DNA of 55,093 bases from a bacterium BMS3Bbin09 (lineage in GTDB: Bacteria > Nitrospirota > Thermodesulfovibrionia > UBA6902), in NCBI GenBank assembly GCA_002897915.1, contig BDTS01000098.1:1-55093 (forward strand). The letters run 5' to 3'. This document shows positions 1 through 9,043 of the stretch, one piece after another; position 1 is the first letter of the stretch; the number at the start of each line of letters is the position of its first letter. The notes under the pieces were generated by a model. The model made no database searches. It worked only from the letters and a program-made list of their open reading frames with translations, and was not told the origin of the DNA. The position numbers were made by a program, and so were the translations under genes.

Positions 1-627
1 ACGAACGGCCTGCAGAAATTCGATCCTGCCGGTTTGATAGGCCGGAAGGAGAAGATCGCGTTCTGGACAAACCTTTACAACTCAATTGTTATCGACGGTA
101 TCGCTCGATTGGGAATAGAGCGGTCAGTAAAGGAGGTTGCGGGGTTTTTTAGCCATATTAAATATGAGATCGGCGGTCACTTGTACTCCCCTGATGACAT
201 GGAGCATGGTATTCTCAGGGGTAATACACGTCCATATTTTCACCCTTTCAAACAGTTTGGTATTGGGGACAAAAGGAGGAAATGGGTTATTGACCCTGTT
301 GATTCGCGTATACACTTCGCGCTGGTTTGCGGGTCCCGTTCATGCGCGCCCATCGACTATTATGAGCCCGGCAAGATCTATGACCAGCTTGATGAGGCAG
401 CTAAAAGCTTTGTGAACTCCTCGGAGGTCGTTACAATTCCAGAGGATGGGAAACTCCTGCTCTCAGAGATATTCCGCTGGTATGAGGAAGACTTCGGTGG
501 AAAGCCCGGAGTCATCGACTTTATTGTCGATTACCTGGTTGATGATAAATCACGTGATTTTCTGAGGCAGGCTGCAGGAAATGTTAATTTAGAATATATA
601 TACTATGACTGGAATCTGAACAGGTAG
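1..627 (+). CDS. DUF547 domain protein, 5'-truncated by window edge (frame 1 is open from nt 1; the TTG at 34 is only the first start-like codon)
   Basis: Motifs typical of DUF547: AFWTNLYN, RIHFALVCGSRSCAP, FRWYEEDF, YDWNLN. Reading frame open back to position 1. Confidence 0.8.
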   Translation, partial: TNGLQKFDPAGLIGRKEKIAFWTNLYNSIVIDGIARLGIERSVKEVAGFFSHIKYEIGGHLYSPDDMEHGILRGNTRPYFHPFKQFGIGDKRRKWVIDPVDSRIHFALVCGSRSCAPIDYYEPGKIYDQLDEAAKSFVNSSEVVTIPEDGKLLLSEIFRWYEEDFGGKPGVIDFIVDYLVDDKSRDFLRQAAGNVNLEYIYYDWNLNR

Positions 628-651
628 AGAATGGTGATCAAGGAGGATTGA

Positions 652-1713
652 ATGGCTGGTGATTCTGAAAAGACTGAATATGTGAAGAACTATTACGGCA
701 AGGAGCTTCAGGGGTTGCATGATCTCAAGACTGATGCGTGCTGCTGCAGTGATGAACTCTGTGATCCCGCCATACGCGAAATCGAAAAAGAACTGGATGA
801 AGAGATACTGACAAAATTCTATGGATGCGGCTCGCCCATACCTCCTGCGCTTGAGGGATGCAGAATACTTGATCTTGGATGCGGTACCGGTAAGGACGTT
901 TATATAGCGTCGCGTCTTGCAGGTGAGGAAGGATACGTGATCGGCGTTGATATGACCGACGAACAGCTTGAAGTTGCGCAGAGGCATCTGGAGCCGCAAA
1001 TGAAAAGGTTCGGCTATAGCAAGCCGAATGTTGAGTTTAAGAAAGGGTATATTGAGGACTTAAGAAAGCTCGGGATCGAAGATAATTCAATAGACATTGT
1101 TATGTCTAACTGCGTTATCAATCTTGCGTCGGACAAAGAGGCTGTCTTTAAAGAGATATTCCGTGTACTGAAACCCGGAGGCGAACTTTATTTCTCGGAT
1201 GTATTCACCGGAAGAAGAGTCCCTGAGGATATTGCCAATGATTCTCTGCTGCATAGTGAATGTCTCGGCGGTGCAATGTATTTTGAGGACTTCCGCAGGA
1301 TGATGAGAGAAGCCGGGTGCCCGGACTACCGTGTTGCGTCAAGGCATAAGGTCAGTATAAACAACCCTGAAATATCGGAGAGGGTTGGAATGATAGATTT
1401 TTATTCAATGACGGTCCGCGCTTTCAAACTTGAAAGCCTCGAGAATATCTGTGAGGATTACGGCCAGGTGGCTGTATACAGGGGAACAATACCCGGTTGC
1501 GTGCATGTTTTTGAGCTTGATGATCATCACAGGTTCATTGCCGGGAAGCCGATGCTCGTATGCGGTAATACTGCCATGATGCTGCAGGAGACCCGGTTCG
1601 CTTTTCATTTTAAGATCACCGGAGACAGGTCAGTCCACTACGGTCCATTTGACTGTGCGCCTGCTCATGAAAAACGCGGCTCTGAGGATGAGACAGGCGG
1701 TGCGTGCTGTTGA
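652..1713 (+). CDS. arsM: Arsenite methyltransferase-like SAM-dependent methyltransferase
   Basis: SAM-binding ILDLGCGTGKD, VMSNCVINLASDKEAVFKEIFRVLKPGGELYFSDV, N-terminal CCC cluster and C-terminal Cys pair, as in ArsM/AS3MT family. Confidence 0.75.
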   Translation: MAGDSEKTEYVKNYYGKELQGLHDLKTDACCCSDELCDPAIREIEKELDEEILTKFYGCGSPIPPALEGCRILDLGCGTGKDVYIASRLAGEEGYVIGVDMTDEQLEVAQRHLEPQMKRFGYSKPNVEFKKGYIEDLRKLGIEDNSIDIVMSNCVINLASDKEAVFKEIFRVLKPGGELYFSDVFTGRRVPEDIANDSLLHSECLGGAMYFEDFRRMMREAGCPDYRVASRHKVSINNPEISERVGMIDFYSMTVRAFKLESLENICEDYGQVAVYRGTIPGCVHVFELDDHHRFIAGKPMLVCGNTAMMLQETRFAFHFKITGDRSVHYGPFDCAPAHEKRGSEDETGGACC

Positions 1714-1724
1714 GATCGGATGTG

Positions 1725-2474
1725 ATGAATATAATGCAGATTATAAGATTAGGCATGATAACATCTCTAATAATAACAATATTATTTATTACCGTTGCTT
1801 TTTCAGGGGATACCGTTAAAGCCGGAGACGGCAATGTTTTTTTTCGGGAAGATTTCAATGACCTCGACGACTGGAAGCCCCTGTATTTTCCCAAGATCAA
1901 GGAGCATTCTTTATACTCAATAGAAAAAGGAGAGGGTGCTCATCTTAAGGCTGAGAGCAATGCCTCTGCATCCGGGATAATTTATAAGGAAGAGTTTAAT
2001 GTCTATAATTATCCCAAGGTCAAATGGCGCTGGAAGGTGGACAATGTCTATGAAATGGGAGATGCGCGAAAAAAGTCCGGGGACGATTATCCATTGCGCA
2101 TTTATATCATGTTTAAATATGACCCGGAGAAAGCTTCTTTTGGCAAGAAGATAAAATATGGTATCGCAAAAAAACTGTACGGGGAATATCCGCCGGACAG
2201 CAGTCTTAATTATATCTGGGCCAACAAAAAGCATAAGGAACGTGTCATAGCAAATACATATACCTCCGCTGCCATGATGATACTGCTGCAGTCAGGCGGA
2301 AAGAATGTAGATAAATGGGTAGAGCAGGAGGTCGATGTTCTGGAAGACTACAGGAAAGCGTTCGGGGAAGACCCTCCTTCTGTCGCCAGTATTGCGGTCA
2401 TGAATGATTCGGACAATACAAAAGAGAGCTCTGTTTCGTATGTTGATTATATAGAGGTATTCAAACAAAGATAA
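1725..2474 (+). CDS. DUF3047 domain protein with N-terminal signal anchor
   Basis: MNIMQIIRLGMITSLIITILFITVAF hydrophobic N-terminus; WRWKVDNV and GDDYPLRIYIMF motifs typical of DUF3047. ATG at 1725 preferred over TTG at 1704, which overlaps the arsM end. Confidence 0.65.
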   Translation: MNIMQIIRLGMITSLIITILFITVAFSGDTVKAGDGNVFFREDFNDLDDWKPLYFPKIKEHSLYSIEKGEGAHLKAESNASASGIIYKEEFNVYNYPKVKWRWKVDNVYEMGDARKKSGDDYPLRIYIMFKYDPEKASFGKKIKYGIAKKLYGEYPPDSSLNYIWANKKHKERVIANTYTSAAMMILLQSGGKNVDKWVEQEVDVLEDYRKAFGEDPPSVASIAVMNDSDNTKESSVSYVDYIEVFKQR

Positions 2475-2479
2475 GTCCA

Positions 2480-2593
2480 ATGTGTGAGATGTTGAACGTA
2501 CCACGATCAAGTTACTATGCCCGGCAAAAGCACCCGGTGAGTTCGAAGCAACAGCGTAGAGCACTGGTAGGACTGGCAGTAGAAAGTACCTAG
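2480..2593 (+). pseudogene. Relic of an IS3-family transposase (OrfB N-terminal HTH region), 37 codons only
   Basis: Translation MCEMLNVPRSSYYARQKHPVSSKQQRRALVGLAVEST* matches the L-x-V-(S/P)-R-S-x-Y-Y-x-W/R-x-x-x-P signature at the start of IS3/IS150 OrfB. No rest of the element is present. Confidence 0.5.
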
Positions 2594-2610
2594 TACTAAG
2601 GCATTCAGCA

Positions 2611-3927
2611 ATGAAATACTATTTGAAGACTTTTGGTTGTCAAATGAACGTGCACGATTCTGAAAAGATAGCTGGTATTTTTTCTGAAGTCGGACACGAA
2701 AAATCTGTAGATACAGGCGATGCTGATGTGATCGTCCTGAATACCTGCAGCATAAGGGAAAAGGCCGAGCATAAGTTCTACAGTGATCTCGGAAGACTGA
2801 AGAAGGCCAAGACCGATAATCCAAACCTCAAGATCGCTGTTGCCGGATGTATAGCGCAGCAGGAGGGCGAAAAGCTATTTAAGAGGTTCCCTTATATTGA
2901 TTTCGTCTTCGGACCCAATAATATTGATAGCCTGCAAAAATTGATAAACGGAGAATTACTCTCAACTCTCAAGCATCAACAGTCAACATTTATCGATGTC
3001 AATCCGGATTACCCCTCGATGATCTTTCCAATGAAGAGGGCAGGGGGGGTGAAGGCATGGGTCTCTATTATGTATGGATGTGACAATTTCTGCGCCTACT
3101 GTGTTGTTCCGTACACCCGGGGCAGGGAGCGATCCAGGCCGTCCGCAGACATTTACAGGGAGGCTGAGAAGCTTGCGGCAGATGGCTTTAAGGAGATAAA
3201 CCTCCTTGGACAGAATGTGAACTCTTACGGCAGGAAACTTGACGAAGAGATAGACTTTCCTGAACTTTTATCCAAGCTGCATGAAATAGATGGAATAGAG
3301 AGGATCAGGTTCGTTACATCGCATCCAAAGGACTTTTCGGAAAAACTGATAAAAGCGATGAAGGACCTCCCGAAAGTTTGCAATCATATGCATCTGCCTA
3401 TTCAAGCCGGTTCAGATAAGGTGCTTAGCCTGATGAACAGGAAATATACCTATAATGAATACAAAGAAAAGATCGACCTGCTCAAGAGCAATGTCCCTGA
3501 CATCGCCATAACAACAGATATTATAGTGGGCTTCCCGGGTGAGACGGACGAGGATTTCAGACTTACGATGAAGGCGCTCTCGGAGATCGAATATGATGGT
3601 GCCTTTGCCTTTAAATATTCGAGGAGGCCGGGCACAAAGGCCCTTGAACTTCCCGACCATGTAGATGAAGATATAAAATCAGAGAGGCTTGCCAGTGTAC
3701 AGAAACTACAGGAAACGATCTCTTATAAAAAGAATAAGGAACTTGAAGGAAAAACACTTGAGATATTGGTTGAGGGTTCGAGTGATACCAATGAAGAAAA
3801 ACTGACAGGCAGGACAACGACCAATAAGATAGTGAATTATCATGGGGAGAGGTTGGATATAGGGAATATGGTGAATATCAGGATACTAGAGGCAAAGCAG
3901 TATTCGCTGTACGGAGAGAAAATATAA
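2611..3927 (+). CDS. miaB: tRNA-2-methylthio-N6-dimethylallyladenosine synthase (radical SAM methylthiotransferase)
   Basis: N-terminal YLKTFGCQMNVHDSE, radical SAM CDNFCAYCVVP, C-terminal TRAM domain. Confidence 0.9.
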   Translation: MKYYLKTFGCQMNVHDSEKIAGIFSEVGHEKSVDTGDADVIVLNTCSIREKAEHKFYSDLGRLKKAKTDNPNLKIAVAGCIAQQEGEKLFKRFPYIDFVFGPNNIDSLQKLINGELLSTLKHQQSTFIDVNPDYPSMIFPMKRAGGVKAWVSIMYGCDNFCAYCVVPYTRGRERSRPSADIYREAEKLAADGFKEINLLGQNVNSYGRKLDEEIDFPELLSKLHEIDGIERIRFVTSHPKDFSEKLIKAMKDLPKVCNHMHLPIQAGSDKVLSLMNRKYTYNEYKEKIDLLKSNVPDIAITTDIIVGFPGETDEDFRLTMKALSEIEYDGAFAFKYSRRPGTKALELPDHVDEDIKSERLASVQKLQETISYKKNKELEGKTLEILVEGSSDTNEEKLTGRTTTNKIVNYHGERLDIGNMVNIRILEAKQYSLYGEKI

Positions 3928-3937
3928 CCCCTCTATG

Positions 3938-4005
3938 CCTGCCTGACGGCAGACAGGTCTCCCCTTGGTAAGGGGAGAATTTATCCCCTCCTTAACAAGG
4001 AGGGG
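3938..4005 (+). promoter_or_regulatory. Three tandem hairpins in the miaB-mtaB spacer. Two of them pair an anti-SD-like arm with an SD-like arm.
   Basis: 3939-3952 CTGCC-tgac-GGCAG; 3958-3978 TCTCCCCTT-ggt-AAGGGGAGA (9 bp); 3985-4005 CCCCTCCTT-aac-AAGGAGGGG (9 bp). These are followed by a free GGGGAGG at 4009-4015 before the ATG at 4026. Confidence 0.6.
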
Positions 4006-4025
4006 GAAGGGGAGGTTCTAACGTT

Positions 4026-5321
4026 ATGAAAGTATCTATTCAAACTCTGGGCTGCAAGGTCAATCAGTCCGAAAGCTCTTCCATAGAAGGGACCCTTCGA
4101 AACAATGATCATCAGATAGTAGATAAGAATGGTGATCCTGACGTAGTTATAGTAAATACCTGCACTGTTACTGAAAGAAGTGATCATGAGTCGCGCCAGA
4201 TGATCAGGAAGGCCCTGAGATCAGGTGCAAGGGTCATTGCGACCGGATGCTACGCTCAGCTCAGGCCCGAAGAACTGACTGAAATAAAAGGGCTCGATCT
4301 TATTGTAGGTAACTCCGGCAAACAGAATATCGTAAATTATTTAAATAAGATAAAAACTCTATGTGAAAAGAAATGTGAACATGCCACTGTATGTGTAAAT
4401 AAACCTGCCAATCCCCTTGCATTGCAGCCTTATTACTCAAAGAGGTCCAGGGCGTTCCTGAAGGTGCAGGACGGCTGTAACCTTGCCTGTACATATTGTG
4501 CGATCCCAAAGGCGAGGGGGAAGAGCAGGAGCCTCGTTATGGACAGTGCCTTAAAGGCGGTTGGTGAACTTAGTTTAGAGGGATATAAAGAGATAGTCCT
4601 GACCGGCATTCATATCGGGACCTACGGATTTGACCTCAAGCCTAAGTCATCATTACTGGAAATGATGGAGAGAATAACCGGAATGCATCCTGACATCCGG
4701 ATCAGGCTGAGCTCGATCGAGCCGCAAGAGGTGAGTGACGGGCTACTGACCTTAATTAAAGAAAGAAATATCTGTTCATATTTACATATTCCTCTCCAGA
4801 GTGGTTCAGACAGAATACTGAGATCAATGAACAGGAGATATAACACAGACTATTACAAACAACTTATCAACAAGATAATAACAGAAATTCCTGGCATCGC
4901 GATCGGTACGGATATCATCACTGGATTCCCTGGAGAAAGTGACAAAGAATTTGAACAGACTGTAAAATTTATTGAACAACTTTCATTGAGCTATATGCAT
5001 GTATTCCCGTACTCAAAAAGACCTGATACAATGGCATCATTGCTAAGAGATACCATTAGTATAACGGTAAAGAAGGAAAGAGCAAAAAAACTCATAGAAA
5101 TCAGCAAGAAGAAGAGAAATGCATATATGACACGGAACTTGGGAAGGGTACTGGATGTTATAGTTGAAAATAGGGAGATAACCAATGGTTATTACAGTGC
5201 AATTTCCGGTAATTATTTGAAGATTTTAGTCAAAGCAGAAGGCTTGAAATCAGGGCAAATCCTTAATGTTGTGATCAGAACATTAACCGATTCGGTCTTG
5301 CTCGCGGAACCCATGAATTAA
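4026..5321 (+). CDS. mtaB: tRNA threonylcarbamoyladenosine methylthiotransferase (MtaB-type radical SAM MTTase)
   Basis: MKVSIQTLGCKVNQSES, radical SAM CNLACTYCAIP, MTTase architecture without a MiaB-like N-terminus. Confidence 0.8.
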   Translation: MKVSIQTLGCKVNQSESSSIEGTLRNNDHQIVDKNGDPDVVIVNTCTVTERSDHESRQMIRKALRSGARVIATGCYAQLRPEELTEIKGLDLIVGNSGKQNIVNYLNKIKTLCEKKCEHATVCVNKPANPLALQPYYSKRSRAFLKVQDGCNLACTYCAIPKARGKSRSLVMDSALKAVGELSLEGYKEIVLTGIHIGTYGFDLKPKSSLLEMMERITGMHPDIRIRLSSIEPQEVSDGLLTLIKERNICSYLHIPLQSGSDRILRSMNRRYNTDYYKQLINKIITEIPGIAIGTDIITGFPGESDKEFEQTVKFIEQLSLSYMHVFPYSKRPDTMASLLRDTISITVKKERAKKLIEISKKKRNAYMTRNLGRVLDVIVENREITNGYYSAISGNYLKILVKAEGLKSGQILNVVIRTLTDSVLLAEPMN

Positions 5322-5486
5322 TATACTTAAAAAGGTAATAGATTGATTTTAAAAGGTATTATATCTGCCTAAAAATTGTGCAATCATTGAAAACCCTATA
5401 GTAGACGCGCATCAAAGAGGGTAGCCTGAGCTGTTTTCACATCTTTTAAACAAGTGTGCTATATCGCCAAGGTCCGATAAGATATA

Positions 5487-6695
5487 TTATGTAAAATTAG
5501 ATATTATCCATAGTCTGGCTTGACTCTTATTTTTGAATAAACCCATAAATTGCCTCTCTTTTATCTTTTCCAGTATTATGCCTACCCGAGCACCTTCATT
5601 TATCTTTAATACCCTCTGTATCTCATTTCCATCTATCAGGTGTCTCTCATTTATTTTCAGATAATCATATGCCCTGTTAATAAATCTCTGTCTATCTCTA
5701 CTTCTTGTTCTCATAGATGACATTATGAGTGACATTTCGAATACTGATGTACCTGCAGCCTTGTATATTTGGTATAATCTGGAGTCAGTGATCCGGCCTT
5801 TGTATAAATTACTGGCTTCCTGGATATCACGTATTTTCTGTTTAATTGTGTTACTTGGGCTTAAGTATCTGAAGTAATGTGTTTTATTCTTATTCTTATC
5901 ATGCAGGAAAAGAAGTGATATCCTGATCAATCCGAGCCTGCTCAACCCCTGGCTGATTCGTTCTTCTAACTTATTTAATTTATTGGAATTTTTGATAAAT
6001 TCATCAAAAACAGCTATTAAGTCAATATTTACCCTTATATTACTGGCAGTTAGGCCGAAAATGGCCTCAAAAATGCCGTCCTGTCCGCATAATTTCAGAT
6101 ATTTCAGGGGATCAGCACTATTTAGCAGTTTATATAGTTCCTCTGTAATCCTCTCAGGGGCTGAATTAATTAGTGTGCTGGAGTATTTCTTTAGATATGA
6201 TCTTGTTGTTGAGTTAATTGATAGATTCAACTGTGCCGCAATCCTGTAGGCCCTGAGCACTCTTAAAGGGTCATTTTGCAGATTATCAGGACTTACGGCG
6301 ATTATCTCCCTTTTCCCGAGATCTGAGATTCCCCCTGTCGGATCGATAATTCCGGTTTCTGGCGACCAGGCCATTGCATTGATCGTATAGTCACGATGAA
6401 GCAAGTCCCCTTCTATCTTCTGTTCGAGATTATTGAAGTCAATGAAGTTTCCATCCTTGAGTGCTACCCTGTATGTCATTTCCTCTTTTAGCTCAATGAA
6501 TGTCCCGAAAAACTTTTTTGCGAATTTCACAGCAGTCTGCTTCGCGTTCTTTTTCAGGACATAATCCTTATCGTACGCAACACGCCCGATGAGTAGATCG
6601 CGGATATAACCGCCGACCAGATATACCTCTGTTTCTGCGTTATTAAAAACCCATTTATTTATTGGGTCAGAGAGGATCTTTTCTGAAATGTCCAT
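5487..6695 (-). CDS. cca: CCA-adding enzyme / poly(A) polymerase family tRNA nucleotidyltransferase
   Basis: VYLVGGYIRDLLIGR and HRDYTINAMA motifs of class II nucleotidyltransferases. Confidence 0.8.
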   Translation of the reverse strand: MDISEKILSDPINKWVFNNAETEVYLVGGYIRDLLIGRVAYDKDYVLKKNAKQTAVKFAKKFFGTFIELKEEMTYRVALKDGNFIDFNNLEQKIEGDLLHRDYTINAMAWSPETGIIDPTGGISDLGKREIIAVSPDNLQNDPLRVLRAYRIAAQLNLSINSTTRSYLKKYSSTLINSAPERITEELYKLLNSADPLKYLKLCGQDGIFEAIFGLTASNIRVNIDLIAVFDEFIKNSNKLNKLEERISQGLSRLGLIRISLLFLHDKNKNKTHYFRYLSPSNTIKQKIRDIQEASNLYKGRITDSRLYQIYKAAGTSVFEMSLIMSSMRTRSRDRQRFINRAYDYLKINERHLIDGNEIQRVLKINEGARVGIILEKIKERQFMGLFKNKSQARLWIISNFT

Positions 6696-6746
6696 ATGTG
6701 AAGATAACTTATTATCTGTAGAGGATACAAGTCAGAATAACGTTTT

Positions 6747-6908
6747 TTAGTTTAATGAATACTCTATGATAAAAATACAATCAGAGTGGTATTCCTGTTT
6801 CATGAACTCAACAGCCTCGTCAACATAGTCTTCATCGAGCGGGAAGTTATGTATATAGTTGGCACCGTTCTCGAGGTGTTCCTGTATGATGATTTTGCAT
6901 TCTATCAT
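6747..6908 (-). CDS. Possible 53-aa acidic protein (below ORF-track cutoff)
   Basis: Hand translation: MIECKIIIQEHLENGANYIHNFPLDEDYVDEAVEFMKQEYHSDCIFIIEYSLN*. Co-oriented with flanking pheT and cca. The antisense 65-aa ORF (6786-6983, GTG start) looks like a hydrophobic shadow ORF. No SD seen. Confidence 0.3.
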   Translation of the reverse strand: MIECKIIIQEHLENGANYIHNFPLDEDYVDEAVEFMKQEYHSDCIFIIEYSLN

Positions 6909-6984
6909 GCATTTAATATCGTCAATAGTGTCAAGAAACTTTACATAACTGGATACTTAAGAATAAAAAGGTGCATCGGATAGG

Positions 6985-9030
6985 TCAGCTTCTAAGTTCG
7001 GCGTTTAGGTTGTCCTGCAGGCGTTTAAGAATTACAGCGTGAACTTCATCAACCTCATTGTCGGTAAGTGTCTTCTCAAGAGAACGGTAACGTATGGAGA
7101 ATGCGAGGCTCTTCTTGTCCTTGGCGATAGGCTTACCTTTATATATATCAAAGAGTGTTACATCTTCGAGTATGTCAGACCCGATACCGCGAATCTCTTT
7201 TTCAACAGACGAGACAGTCACGTCATCATTTACAACAAGCGCGATGTCCCTTTCAACTGAAGGAAACTTTGGCAGCGAAGTAAAACATATCTTTGAAGAA
7301 GCCGCATCAAGGAGCCCTTCGATGTCGTCTATCTCGGCGATCGTTATATCGCCTTTAAGGTTAAAAATATCCGCAACAGCGGGATGAAGCGTGCCAATGG
7401 ATCCTATCTTATTATCGCCTATCAGAATGGCGCATGATTTAGCGGGATGCATATACGGTTCTGCCTGACTTGCACTGAAAGTGACCTTGATTTTAAGATC
7501 TTTAAATATGCTCTCGAAGACACCCTTCAGGTCATAGAAACCTTCGTGCTTCGTCTGCCATAAGGAGGTCGCGTTATCTTTAAGATAAACAGCGCCGAGC
7601 TGTGTGATCTCATCGGCAAGATTTTTGCCGGCTGATAAAAAAACCTTTGATATCTCGAAGAAGCGGAGCGTCTTTTCACCACGCTTTATATTTGTGTTCA
7701 CATTATTCAGGAGTGCCGGGATTATGATTGTCCTCATTGCGGACTCTTCTTTCCTCAGCGGGTTCCTGACGTAGATAAGTTCTCTTCTCCTGTCATCCTG
7801 AGCGAGATTTAACTGGTCTATTATCTCCGGATTGAGGAAGCTGTAATTGATCGCCTCCGAGAACCCGGATTTAACCATGGATATTTTCAGCTTTTTTACA
7901 AGCTCCTGAAGCTTGTGTTCAGTAGGAGAGCTCATCTGCATTTCGGGCAGGGTGGACGGCATTTTATCGTAGCCATAAATTCTTGCCACCTCTTCGATAA
8001 TATCAATGTCTCTCTCTGCATCTTCCCTGTAGCTGGGTGGCATGATCGAGAGCAACTCCCCTCTTCTCTCTATGACAAATCCGAGGCTCAGCAATGTTTT
8101 TATGATAAAGTCTTCCTCGATGTCAATGCCGATCAGTGAATTGATCTTCTTGAACGGGACAACGATCTCTCTTGCCTCAAAAGGCTCAGGATATTTATCA
8201 GTGATATTTGTGACCTCTCCGCCAGCAAACTCGACAATAAGCTCTGCCGCCCTGTCGAGCGCGAGTATTACAGCTTCCTTGTCAACGCCCCTCTCGAACC
8301 TGTATGAAGATTCGGATGAAAGACCGAGGGTCCTGGATGTCCTTCTCACTGAAGACGGTAGAAAATTAGCGCTCTCAAGAAGAATATTCAGAGTGGCGTC
8401 AGAGACCTCTGTGTTGCCGCCGCCCATGACTCCCGCGATAGCAACAGGCTTTTCAACGTCCCATATAAGCAGGGTCTCTTTTGATATCTTTCTCTCTTCA
8501 CCATCAAGAGTGGTGAATTTGTTTGCGTCACCAGCCTGTTTTACGATTATCTTTTTACCTGCAAGTTTATCGAGATCGAACGCGTGCATAGGCTGGCCGA
8601 TCTCGAGCAGGACATAGTTTGTGATATCGACTATATTGGATGTCGGCCTTATGCCGCATGATTCGAGCTTTTTGGAGAGCCACTCCGGAGAAGGCCCGGG
8701 CTTCACACCTTTTATGATCCTTGAGGAATAGCGCGGGCAGAGAGCAGCATCCTCTATCTCAACAACAGGCCCTTCCCCTATTTCATTGGTGATCGAGGCT
8801 GTAATATCCTTCATCGGCAAGTTGAGGATCGCGGATATTTCACGGGCGATCCCTCTCATGCTCAACCAGTCCGACCTGTTCGGGGTCACGCCAATATCGA
8901 ATATAATATCGTTACCGGCTTTTTCAATTAACTCGACCTCAAGTCCGGCCATTGTCAATATATGGGCCAGTTCTTCGGGCATTTCTTTAAAGTCGACAAA
9001 TTCTTTCAGCCAGTTATAAGATGCTTTCAT
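6985..9030 (-). CDS. pheT: Phenylalanine--tRNA ligase beta subunit, short form lacking the OB-fold tRNA-binding (B2) domain
   Basis: MKASYNWLKEFV start, B3/4, B5 (GQPMHAFD), catalytic-like and FDX-ACB C-terminal regions. ATG at 9030 preferred over TTG at 9063, which lies inside a palindrome. Confidence 0.9.
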   Translation of the reverse strand: MKASYNWLKEFVDFKEMPEELAHILTMAGLEVELIEKAGNDIIFDIGVTPNRSDWLSMRGIAREISAILNLPMKDITASITNEIGEGPVVEIEDAALCPRYSSRIIKGVKPGPSPEWLSKKLESCGIRPTSNIVDITNYVLLEIGQPMHAFDLDKLAGKKIIVKQAGDANKFTTLDGEERKISKETLLIWDVEKPVAIAGVMGGGNTEVSDATLNILLESANFLPSSVRRTSRTLGLSSESSYRFERGVDKEAVILALDRAAELIVEFAGGEVTNITDKYPEPFEAREIVVPFKKINSLIGIDIEEDFIIKTLLSLGFVIERRGELLSIMPPSYREDAERDIDIIEEVARIYGYDKMPSTLPEMQMSSPTEHKLQELVKKLKISMVKSGFSEAINYSFLNPEIIDQLNLAQDDRRRELIYVRNPLRKEESAMRTIIIPALLNNVNTNIKRGEKTLRFFEISKVFLSAGKNLADEITQLGAVYLKDNATSLWQTKHEGFYDLKGVFESIFKDLKIKVTFSASQAEPYMHPAKSCAILIGDNKIGSIGTLHPAVADIFNLKGDITIAEIDDIEGLLDAASSKICFTSLPKFPSVERDIALVVNDDVTVSSVEKEIRGIGSDILEDVTLFDIYKGKPIAKDKKSLAFSIRYRSLEKTLTDNEVDEVHAVILKRLQDNLNAELRS

Positions 9031-9043
9031 ATAATAAATACCG

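Noticed and set aside
6786-6983. 65-aa plus-strand ORF with a GTG start.
   Set aside because: It is antisense to the direction of both neighbours and has a hydrophobic nonsense-like sequence. The minus-strand 53-aa frame is a better candidate.
8042-8617. Long antisense ORFs in the track opposite strongly recognisable genes. Examples are 8042-8617, 12621-13223, 13655-14197, 20784-21320, 31498-32109, 36359-36808, 40750-41211, 42301-42957 and 46783-47268.
   Set aside because: Each lies fully inside a confidently identified gene on the other strand. Their translations are low-complexity or Ser/Leu/Phe-rich with no motifs, as is typical of shadow ORFs.
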